From: a virus
Reading direction: 5' to 3' (one strand)
IMG/VR virus record: IMGVR_UViG_3300046167_000924
Span: 96,001 to 160,000 of that record
DNA length: 64,000 nt
Below are positions 36,654 to 45,210 of this stretch, piece after piece (within the stretch, counting starts at the first letter, position 1; each line of letters opens with the position of its first letter). A model generated the notes under the pieces. That model had not been told where the DNA came from. It did no database searches and saw only the letters and a list, made by a program, of their open reading frames with translations. A program made the position numbers and the translations under genes.

Positions 36654-38962
36654 TGTCTGATTTGGATAACATTCTTGGGCGTCACTACAAGACCAATGTA
36701 AGTAATTACAGCGGAGTTTTTGCAACAGGTAATAATTATCAAAAATTTGATTTTGTTTATAACACTGGTGATGGAGAGTTTTATTATGCTCGCCAAGACA
36801 CTGCGGCATATATGGGCGCAGTTTCTGTTGATCAAAATCTTAGATATACATTAATTCCAAATGGCCCAGCTACGAGTGATGGATTGAGTCATTACATTCT
36901 GGACGGCTTGAATAGACCGCACGATATAAGTGCAAATTTTGAAGCGGGACAAATAATAAATTTAAATGGTTCTACTGGAAGTAATGATGGACAATACAAA
37001 ATATTGTCTATCGAAGAAAGTACCACTGTCAACAATCAATTAGATTTAACTGGCGCGGCGATAATGGTTCTAGGAATATCTTCTAGCTCGATTGATCATT
37101 TTGAACCTTCTGGAAGTCATGCAATATCTTTAGAGGTTGTAGACTCTGACCCTTCTTTAAATCCCGATGCGTGGACTTCTGATTTATTTTTCTTTGACGC
37201 TGATTATGGAGCAACTGTAAATTTCAAAGCTAATAATCATAGATATCAATATGGAAATGGTTATTATATTTTGCAGCCCAAAAATATTAATTCTTTAAGC
37301 TGCGAATTTGATTTAAAATTTCAAAACAGAACCAATCGAGAAGCGAATGCACTTATTCACTTTTTAGAAAATAAACAAGGGCAACAAGAAAAAGATAAAT
37401 CTTCTTTAAATCTTGCGTACAGTCAGGGAATTTCTGGGTTTCGCTGGGATGGAAATGCAACATTTCATCCATACGATTCGACGACAACTCAATCAAAAAC
37501 TTTTTATTGTGCAGATTTTTCTCATTCTTTAAATTTTGAAAATAGTAATGATATAAATGTTAGGCTTAGAAATTTTAATACTTCTTTATTAAATAAGTCT
37601 GAGCAATTGTTTGTTAATAAAGCTGATACTTATACTGGTAATTTTAATTATTATGAAAATGATGTTGTATTTTATACTGGTAATCATGAATATTACTATT
37701 GTATAAATGATAATAATAATATTGCACCTGTACAAGAAAATATAGAATGGACGCGCGAGTCTGGTTTGTTCTCGAATATAAATACAGGGTATTGGACTCA
37801 GGATTTTAATTGGAAGCCATCGATTGGATTATCTGTTGATCAAAAAATAAGAATAAATAATGTATCATTTGATGGAAAATATACTCAAATATATCAAGAT
37901 GGGATAAATGAAAGTTTATTGAATTTAGATTTGCAGTTTAATAATCGAGATGACGAAGAAGCTTATGCTATGCTTCATTTTCTTGAACAAAAAATGGGTT
38001 GTAAGCCTTTTGTTTTTAAAGCTCCGTCTCCATACGATTCTGTGAAAAATTTTGTATGCCAAGAGTGGAGTCATTCATATGTTCATAAGAATAATCATAA
38101 TATTACCGCGAGATTTGAAGAATTTCCATTTAACTTGCAAGCAGATCAATATTCTAATTTAGTAACAGAGCCTATTTTGAATTCTGGTGAATTAGTTTTT
38201 ACTTCTCCATTTGCATTTTCCAAAAAAGATTCTGAAGAAGATATAGGTTTTGGTCAAATTATAAAAGGTAGAATTTTATTAAAAAATATTGGCGATTCTC
38301 CTATAGATCTTTACAATGCTTCTGTTGCTGCTAGAACTATTGGCAGCTTTTCTATGATCGGGCAAAATGGAAGTAATGTTCCTGCTGTAGTGGGAAGTGA
38401 TTTAGAAAAAAGTGATTACATTTTTGATCTCCCAGTTAATGAACCTTCAATATCCGATCCGTCTGTTGATTTCGATTTAAAAGGAAAAAAAATAAAATTA
38501 TCAAAATCTTATTCTGCTGGTATACGAGGTGGTCAATCTTTTACCGTTGTGACAGGTTCTGCCGGAAACTATCGACCAGAAAAAATAAATGGAAGGGTAA
38601 ATTCGTTTTTTCAAAATAATGTTGGTCAAATAAAATCAACACTATCTTCTTCTCAAAAGTTTTTTGATTGTGATTATTTTGTTGTTGAAGAGTTCTTTAA
38701 AAATAATACAGTTACTCAAATCGCTGGGGGAGGAGAAGCGTTTGTGGATGTTTTGTTTGGAGGTATTCAGCAGTCAGAAGTGTCATTTGAAATCTTAACA
38801 GATCAAGATGTAAATATAAACGACACAGATAGCTCCTCGTCCACTATTGATTCTCTAGAAATAATAAAACTTGGAGGTTACTATTATGGGGATCTAGTTG
38901 TTTCTAGCTCTACAGATTATAGCCCTCAAACAGGTTCACTTAAAGTATATATAGACTACTAA
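36653..38962 (+). CDS. minor tail protein with two lambda gpM-like domains
   Basis: YGNGYY...NINSLSCEFDLKF and FDGKYTQ...GINESLLNLDLQF...FLEQKMGCKPFVF; C-terminal Ig-like region. Confidence 0.75.
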   Translation: MSDLDNILGRHYKTNVSNYSGVFATGNNYQKFDFVYNTGDGEFYYARQDTAAYMGAVSVDQNLRYTLIPNGPATSDGLSHYILDGLNRPHDISANFEAGQIINLNGSTGSNDGQYKILSIEESTTVNNQLDLTGAAIMVLGISSSSIDHFEPSGSHAISLEVVDSDPSLNPDAWTSDLFFFDADYGATVNFKANNHRYQYGNGYYILQPKNINSLSCEFDLKFQNRTNREANALIHFLENKQGQQEKDKSSLNLAYSQGISGFRWDGNATFHPYDSTTTQSKTFYCADFSHSLNFENSNDINVRLRNFNTSLLNKSEQLFVNKADTYTGNFNYYENDVVFYTGNHEYYYCINDNNNIAPVQENIEWTRESGLFSNINTGYWTQDFNWKPSIGLSVDQKIRINNVSFDGKYTQIYQDGINESLLNLDLQFNNRDDEEAYAMLHFLEQKMGCKPFVFKAPSPYDSVKNFVCQEWSHSYVHKNNHNITARFEEFPFNLQADQYSNLVTEPILNSGELVFTSPFAFSKKDSEEDIGFGQIIKGRILLKNIGDSPIDLYNASVAARTIGSFSMIGQNGSNVPAVVGSDLEKSDYIFDLPVNEPSISDPSVDFDLKGKKIKLSKSYSAGIRGGQSFTVVTGSAGNYRPEKINGRVNSFFQNNVGQIKSTLSSSQKFFDCDYFVVEEFFKNNTVTQIAGGGEAFVDVLFGGIQQSEVSFEILTDQDVNINDTDSSSSTIDSLEIIKLGGYYYGDLVVSSSTDYSPQTGSLKVYIDY

Positions 38963-38963
38963 A

Positions 38964-40241
38964 ATGGGAAAATCAGAATCAAATTTAAATAAGCAACTCG
39001 TATCTCTAAGTCCGGACGTCTTAGTTGATTTATACGAAATAGATTTCAGTTCACTTCAACCAAATTTTGAAATTCTTCAGGATTTATATGGAATATCTAT
39101 TGGCGCAGATTCGGTTTATAGGTTTTGCCCTATGATTAACGGATCAAATCCTGTATATTGGCAAGGTAAGGGTTATCAACCCTTACCTATTAAAGCTAGT
39201 GGTTTTGAGCATAAATCTGATGGGAGGTTGCCAAGACCGACTTTGACAATAGCGAATCCAGATGGAGTGTTATCTCAAATAGTTCACTCTAATAGCGACT
39301 TTACAAATTGCAAGGTAACTAGAAAGAGAACTTATGTCCGATTTTTGGATGATGAAAATTTTCAAAATAGAAATTTAAACGAATCAGGGAAAAACCCTTT
39401 TGGGGAAGCTGACCCTAACTCTCACCTTCCTGATGATGTATATTTTATTAATAAAAAAACTCAAGAAAATAAAGTCGGCATTGAATTTGAACTTGTTTCC
39501 GTTTTAGAATTTGAAGATTCTTGGGTTCCTGCTAGAATTGTTTTGTCTAGCTACTGCAATTGGACATATAGATGTTCTGTTGGTTGCGGTTATAAAGGCC
39601 TACCTATTGAAGATGGAAATGGAGAAAGTCTCCGAGAGGGCTTTGCGAAAAACCCAAGCCTGTCTTCGGTTTCAGGATCAGACCCTGTTTATAATGTAGG
39701 AAAAGTTGATCCAGATTCTTTCCCAAATGGTTTGATAGATATTCCCGATTGGAATAAAGAAGGTCGAGGTTCCACAGATTCTGGTTATAAACTAAATGAT
39801 CTTGTAAAAATTACCCCAAGAAATTCTAATAACCCATACAAGTCAACTCCTCAGGTTTTTGTGTGCATTCAATCTCACGAAATAGCAAAAGATCACGTAC
39901 CTTTTTTTGACAAAGAATACTGGGCAAAAGACGAATGCCAAAAAACTTTCGAAGCTTGCAAAAAAAGATTTGGATCTTCAGGTTCTGATGAATTGAATAA
40001 CGATTACGAAAAGTATGTGAATAGCTATTCTGATCTCGTTGCCGCTTTTGATAGTCAAACAACCATGAATAAGTACGACTGGGGAAAAAGACACTGGGAG
40101 CAGAATGGTCGAGGGGAAGCTAGAATTATGCCCCAAATAGAAGATGTAGAAGATTTATCTAAATATAATAAGTCAAATAGAACCCATAAAGGTTTAAGAT
40201 TCGGTGGATTCCCAGGTACAGAAAAGTTTAGAGTTGAATAA
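38964..40241 (+). CDS. lambda gpL-like minor tail protein (Fe-S cysteines)
   Basis: YQPLPIKASGF...LPRPTLTIAN; CNWTYR.SVGCGY; DECQKTFEACKKRF; FGGFPG. Confidence 0.9.
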   Translation: MGKSESNLNKQLVSLSPDVLVDLYEIDFSSLQPNFEILQDLYGISIGADSVYRFCPMINGSNPVYWQGKGYQPLPIKASGFEHKSDGRLPRPTLTIANPDGVLSQIVHSNSDFTNCKVTRKRTYVRFLDDENFQNRNLNESGKNPFGEADPNSHLPDDVYFINKKTQENKVGIEFELVSVLEFEDSWVPARIVLSSYCNWTYRCSVGCGYKGLPIEDGNGESLREGFAKNPSLSSVSGSDPVYNVGKVDPDSFPNGLIDIPDWNKEGRGSTDSGYKLNDLVKITPRNSNNPYKSTPQVFVCIQSHEIAKDHVPFFDKEYWAKDECQKTFEACKKRFGSSGSDELNNDYEKYVNSYSDLVAAFDSQTTMNKYDWGKRHWEQNGRGEARIMPQIEDVEDLSKYNKSNRTHKGLRFGGFPGTEKFRVE

Positions 40242-40569
40242 AATATTTGATTCATCTTTTCTTGATGAACTAAAGTTATATTCTAAAAAAACACCCGACC
40301 AGGAGTGTTGCGGTATAATAATAAAAGAAAACAATTTAAATAAATTCATTTCATGTGAAAATAAAAGCCTTTATCCTCGCGAGTCTTTTGTTATAAACTC
40401 TAATATTATTATTGATTATGATGTTGAATATATTTTTCATAGTCATACTATTGGTAGTGCTAATCCATCAATTAAAGATATGCGAGTTTCACAAGAATTA
40501 TGTATACCTTTTTTGATTTATAGTTTAAGCTGTGATGAATTTTACTTATACAATAATATAAGTGTATAA
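40204..40569 (+). CDS. lambda gpK-like JAB/MPN tail assembly protein (no NlpC/P60 domain)
   Basis: ECCGII...IFHSH...PSIKD. Confidence 0.85.
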   Translation: MDSQVQKSLELNKIFDSSFLDELKLYSKKTPDQECCGIIIKENNLNKFISCENKSLYPRESFVINSNIIIDYDVEYIFHSHTIGSANPSIKDMRVSQELCIPFLIYSLSCDEFYLYNNISV

Positions 40570-40590
40570 GAATATAAGGTTTAAGGTAAA

Positions 40591-43500
40591 GTGAAGACGG
40601 TATATTTACATGGTAAGTTAGGTAAACGCTTTGGTAAAAAGTGGAGCCTAAACGTGGGCTCTGTTCAGGAGGCGTTTTCTGCCCTAGAAGCTAATAGCGA
40701 GGGCTTTTTCGAATATATTTTAGATTGCGCAAAAAGAGATATTCAATATATAATTCTCGCGAAGTCTCCTTCTAGCTTGAAAAATGAAGGGGATTTTAAA
40801 AAGTACGCCATGTCTCCTTGTGAGTTAAACATGGTTAGCAACTCAAAAGAAATTCATATAGTTAGCAAAACAGAGGGTTCGATTACTGTGGCAATTGTTA
40901 AGGCTATTTTGGTTGCGGTTGCTGTTCAAGTGGTTATGAGTGTTTTATTTAAGCCGCCGAAGCCGCCAGAAAGAAAAGATCCAACTAATACCAAATCTTA
41001 TTTAATTGCTGGGGCAATTAATCGACAAGCTCAAGGTATTGCCGTTCCCCTGGGTTATGGAAAATTAAAGATTGGAGCTTCTAATATAGCTACTAGGCAA
41101 ACCTCAAAAAGGTTTAGAAGCTCTACTGAAGAAAAGTCTTTAGAGTCCTATAGTGAGATAGAAATTTTAGATTTATTATCTGAGGGCCCTATAGAAGGTT
41201 TTATAAACAAGAATGGTGGCACAATATCTGGAGGCGATATTCGAGAGGGAATCTTTTTAAATAATGTTCAAGTAAAAAATACCCCCAGGAACTTAAATGA
41301 CGAAGGAACTTTGAATTATGTGCTGAATGAAAATGAAGACTCAGAAGAAGGTAAACCTAAGTTTAAAGACGGAGATGAGTCTGATTCGACTATTTTGTCT
41401 GATGAAGTTTTTTCTATAAGAGAATATAATTCGCGTTTATATGGTTCTAGTCCTTACGGTAGAAATAAAAAATACTCAGGCGGCAAAAAGGAATACGAAA
41501 TAATTCAAGAAGCTTTATCTAATGATGCAAAAATATTTTCTCATTTTGTTTCTAATGAAAATGTTGGCAAGGTGTCAATCACTATAAAGTCTAACCTTTA
41601 TGTTCAAAATGATGATGGATCAACTTCTTCTAATAATATAAGATTTGCGATATTAATCACAAGATCGAATGGAGAGTTTAATGTTCTTGATCGATCGAGT
41701 TCGAAATGTATAGTAGAGTTTGAGCAAAATTCTGGATTGACTGAAACTCATCAAGATTACGATAGCTATTTTACTTTAGATGGAATTGCAACTTCACCGT
41801 ATCAATTCGATATAAACATATCTTATAATCCAAAATTAAATAAAGAAGAAATTAGTGGTGGAGTAACTTTTAAAGTTATACGTTTGAGTGCAGAATACGA
41901 CCCCTCTGTAAAAGGAGGTTCTGTAGGTGGTATAGCAAAGCGTAGAGACTTGGAGGTTGCTCATATTGTAGAGATAATTAAACAACCGATGCTTTACCCT
42001 CATAGCTCTATATGTAAATTAGTATTCGACGGAAAGAATTTTTCAAACATTCCAGAAAGGTCGTATCATGTGCGATTAAAGAAAGTTTTAATTCCTTCTA
42101 ATTATGACCCTGTCTCTAGAAAATACGATGGGCCTTGGGATGGACTGTTTCTCGGACAGTCTGATTCTTTGGAATCTGTGCATTCTATCGCTGATAGAGA
42201 TAAAAGGTGGACGGATAACCCTGCTTGGATTTTTTACGATTTATTGCATAACGCTAGGTATGGCGTTGGTAAATATGGATTGGAGGAAGAAAATATAGAT
42301 AAATGGCAGCTGTATAAAGTCGCTAAATATTGCGACGAGTTAGTTGAGACTAATTACCCTATAGAAACCGAAAGCGCTTTTCCGAGAATGTTTGAAACTG
42401 ATAATAATTTACTGTTTGATGAGTTTATTGAGCAACAAAATTCAGAAGATTCTAACGGCTTGTCAAACTTAAAAAGCAATGGAAGCTTTACGGTAAAAAT
42501 AAAAAGCGATAATTTTTACAATGATAACGGTCAATTAAAAGTTAATACTAATGCGTTTTTAACCCCCGACGAAATAAAGGATAAGTTTACAAAAGAATTT
42601 GGCGACGGAGATAGCTTTAGGGGTAAGAAGATTGCTTTCTTTATTCATCAAAACAATGTTGACCTTAGTTCTTTGAGTGATGCTGATATTTTAAATATTC
42701 AAAAAAAATCTGCAATACGTTCTGGTGAAATTATTATAGAGGAAAGAATTATATTAAGAAGTAGTGCTACAAATAGAGAAGTTACTTTAGCGGGGCCAAC
42801 TTTTTCAAGTAATCCGATGACTTCGACTGACAATAAAACATACGGTGCGTGCGCTACTCAAATTAGCCACCCTATTGTCGAAGCTAGGTTTTCTTCTAAT
42901 ATTTATTTAACTGATCGTGTGGAGGCTTTAAATGTTATGAATAATACAGCTTCTGTTTTTAGAGGGATTATAGCTTATTCTGCAGGAAAAATTATCGCCG
43001 TTCAAGATGCCTTTAAAAGACCTGTTCAGTTATTTAATAATTCAAATGTATCTATTGACGGATTCTCTTATGCAGGGGTAAATAAAAATAAAAAGTTTAC
43101 AGCTTGCCTTGTTCGGTTTAATAATAAAGATAAAAATTATCAACCAGACGTAGCATTCGAGGAAGACGCTGATGCTATGCAGAAATTTGGGTATGTCGAA
43201 AATGAAACTATGGGTTTCGGTATAACATCTGAAAGTCAAGCGAGAAGACTCGCTAAGTGGATTTTATTTTCCTCTCAACTAGAGACAGAGACAATTACAT
43301 TTAAGACTGGGCAAGAGGCAAGTTATCTATTTCCAGGTGCAATATTTGAGGTGTCTGATGAAATGAGGGCTGGGTCAACAAAAAGTGGAAGAATTTTAGA
43401 TATTCAAATGCACAAACAGGTTGCTGTTCAGGGTCAGTCGTCTCAACTTAATGTTAAACTACCTGATCCTTATGTTTTGATTGATAAGTCCACAATAGAG

Positions 43501-44940
43501 GCGCCAAGCTTTAAGCGTGTCGAGCTTACTGTTTGCGTGGGGCTCTCAAACTCATCTCAGGAAAAACTTAATGCTAGGGCTGCTTTTGAGAGATATAGTG
43601 AAGATCAGGACGCAGAAGCAAGCGCTATATTAACCCCTCAAATATACAAATTTGATGGAACCATAAACTCTGATTTTGCAATAACTAAAGAGGGGCCAAG
43701 GGGGCAAGCTTCCACAGTTTCGGATTTAAAATTAAAATTGTCTTTTGATTTAGATCTTGTAGATAATTTGTTTAAAATATTTAACCATTCTTTTGAAGAT
43801 GGAGATAGGGTGCGTTTTGTTTCTGATGGTGTTCTTCCTGGAGGTTTAAATCCTAACCGAGTTGAAAAGTATGCATATTATGTAATAGAAACAACTAAAA
43901 ACACATTTAAGGTTTCTGAAGAACTAAATGGGCAACCTGTAAATGTCGTGGATATCGGCAAAGATATTTTAAATAATATTGGAGGTGATCATTATCTATG
44001 TCCAGAAAGTGGTCAAAAGACAGCTGATGCTCTTGATCAAATTATGATTGGCTCCCCGTATTCAATAAAGGGGACTGTTGGAACGAAAAGTAAGAAGTCT
44101 TTATCCAATCAAGAAAGAAGTAATTTGGGTATAATTAGCTCTCCAGCTGCAGGCTGGTCTGTTTCTAACTATTTTGGTTATATATATTCTCAAGATCAAG
44201 TTGATTGGATAATGACTGTTAATATCGGATGGATATATGTTGGCGAAATAAAAGAGAGGCAACCTTCGTCAGATGATTTGTGGTTTTTTATTCCTGAGGT
44301 CGGTTGGGTGTGGACTACAGATAGCCCAGTAAATGACATCAAGAATGATTTTTGGTATATAGACTCTCACAAACAAAATAATTCAACCGCAAGTGGCTGG
44401 GTAATTCCTTACTATGATAGCTCTAAGAGAGAAAATATTGTTCAATTTTTTGTTTATGATACTGATACATCCTATCAGGTTGGTCAGGATTATTTACTAG
44501 GGTCAACGTCTGACGGTGCTGGTAAAAAATACACAATCTCGGAAATTGGATTTAGCAATTCTGTTCGTATTGGTTATTTTTTAACTTTAACGAATAGATC
44601 TTCTACTGTAGAGACAAAGTCTATAAGCAACTCCACTCCTACTGGCAAAAATAGAAATGATAATCCCAACTATATTTCAGCTACGATATCTAGTGTTGTT
44701 ACTCGAAATCCTCAAGAGTCAATTCAAAATCAAAATTCAATAGCAATCGAACTTCAAAACGGTCATGGCGGCGACCTTCGGAATAATCAAGAAATATTGA
44801 TAGAAGCATTTTCTTCTGATTCTACAAATTTTAATAATGAAATAAATAAAAAATGGCGTATTATAATAATAAATGAAAATGTTTTTGAATTGATTAATTC
44901 TGGTCAAGCATATACTCATTTTCTTCTATATCTAATATAA
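40591..44940 (+). CDS. lambda gpI+gpJ-like tail tip protein, N-terminal part (frameshifted at about 44910-44935)
   Basis: VYLHGKLGKRFG (gpI); AVPLGYG, DLLSEGPIEG, WTDNPAWIFYD, GCTSESQA-like GITSESQARR (gpJ). Confidence 0.9.
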   Translation: MKTVYLHGKLGKRFGKKWSLNVGSVQEAFSALEANSEGFFEYILDCAKRDIQYIILAKSPSSLKNEGDFKKYAMSPCELNMVSNSKEIHIVSKTEGSITVAIVKAILVAVAVQVVMSVLFKPPKPPERKDPTNTKSYLIAGAINRQAQGIAVPLGYGKLKIGASNIATRQTSKRFRSSTEEKSLESYSEIEILDLLSEGPIEGFINKNGGTISGGDIREGIFLNNVQVKNTPRNLNDEGTLNYVLNENEDSEEGKPKFKDGDESDSTILSDEVFSIREYNSRLYGSSPYGRNKKYSGGKKEYEIIQEALSNDAKIFSHFVSNENVGKVSITIKSNLYVQNDDGSTSSNNIRFAILITRSNGEFNVLDRSSSKCIVEFEQNSGLTETHQDYDSYFTLDGIATSPYQFDINISYNPKLNKEEISGGVTFKVIRLSAEYDPSVKGGSVGGIAKRRDLEVAHIVEIIKQPMLYPHSSICKLVFDGKNFSNIPERSYHVRLKKVLIPSNYDPVSRKYDGPWDGLFLGQSDSLESVHSIADRDKRWTDNPAWIFYDLLHNARYGVGKYGLEEENIDKWQLYKVAKYCDELVETNYPIETESAFPRMFETDNNLLFDEFIEQQNSEDSNGLSNLKSNGSFTVKIKSDNFYNDNGQLKVNTNAFLTPDEIKDKFTKEFGDGDSFRGKKIAFFIHQNNVDLSSLSDADILNIQKKSAIRSGEIIIEERIILRSSATNREVTLAGPTFSSNPMTSTDNKTYGACATQISHPIVEARFSSNIYLTDRVEALNVMNNTASVFRGIIAYSAGKIIAVQDAFKRPVQLFNNSNVSIDGFSYAGVNKNKKFTACLVRFNNKDKNYQPDVAFEEDADAMQKFGYVENETMGFGITSESQARRLAKWILFSSQLETETITFKTGQEASYLFPGAIFEVSDEMRAGSTKSGRILDIQMHKQVAVQGQSSQLNVKLPDPYVLIDKSTIEAPSFKRVELTVCVGLSNSSQEKLNARAAFERYSEDQDAEASAILTPQIYKFDGTINSDFAITKEGPRGQASTVSDLKLKLSFDLDLVDNLFKIFNHSFEDGDRVRFVSDGVLPGGLNPNRVEKYAYYVIETTKNTFKVSEELNGQPVNVVDIGKDILNNIGGDHYLCPESGQKTADALDQIMIGSPYSIKGTVGTKSKKSLSNQERSNLGIISSPAAGWSVSNYFGYIYSQDQVDWIMTVNIGWIYVGEIKERQPSSDDLWFFIPEVGWVWTTDSPVNDIKNDFWYIDSHKQNNSTASGWVIPYYDSSKRENIVQFFVYDTDTSYQVGQDYLLGSTSDGAGKKYTISEIGFSNSVRIGYFLTLTNRSSTVETKSISNSTPTGKNRNDNPNYISATISSVVTRNPQESIQNQNSIAIELQNGHGGDLRNNQEILIEAFSSDSTNFNNEINKKWRIIIINENVFELINSGQAYTHFLLYLI

Positions 44941-45206
44941 CAAATAATGGTGAAATTAATTTTATTCGAGATGCAAAGTCTATAGTAGAAAGAAGTTTAG
45001 AAGGTCAATTATTTAGAACGATGTCGGTAAAAGAAGTACAAGATAATGAATACGAAGTTGTTGGGTTAGAATACAACGCTTCTAAATTTGCTGCTGTAGA
45101 TAAAAAAGGGGTTGTTAGGAAACCAACCCTTCCTATTCCTCCTCAAGCTGATATGGCTATACCTGAAGCGCCAGACGGTTTACAATTAATCGATTTAACG
45201 AACTAA
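44898..45206 (+). CDS. gpJ C-terminal continuation in the -1 frame
   Basis: Frame open from 44898: ...ERSLEGQLFRTMSVKEVQDNEYEVVGLEYNASKF, a gpJ hallmark motif. Confidence 0.8.
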   Translation, partial: FWSSIYSFSSISNITNNGEINFIRDAKSIVERSLEGQLFRTMSVKEVQDNEYEVVGLEYNASKFAAVDKKGVVRKPTLPIPPQADMAIPEAPDGLQLIDLTN

Positions 45207-45210
45207 TATT

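Noticed and set aside
44938-44940. Stop-codon readthrough or alternative genetic code explaining the gpJ break
   Set aside because: The continuation is in a different frame, and long genes elsewhere read normally under code 11.
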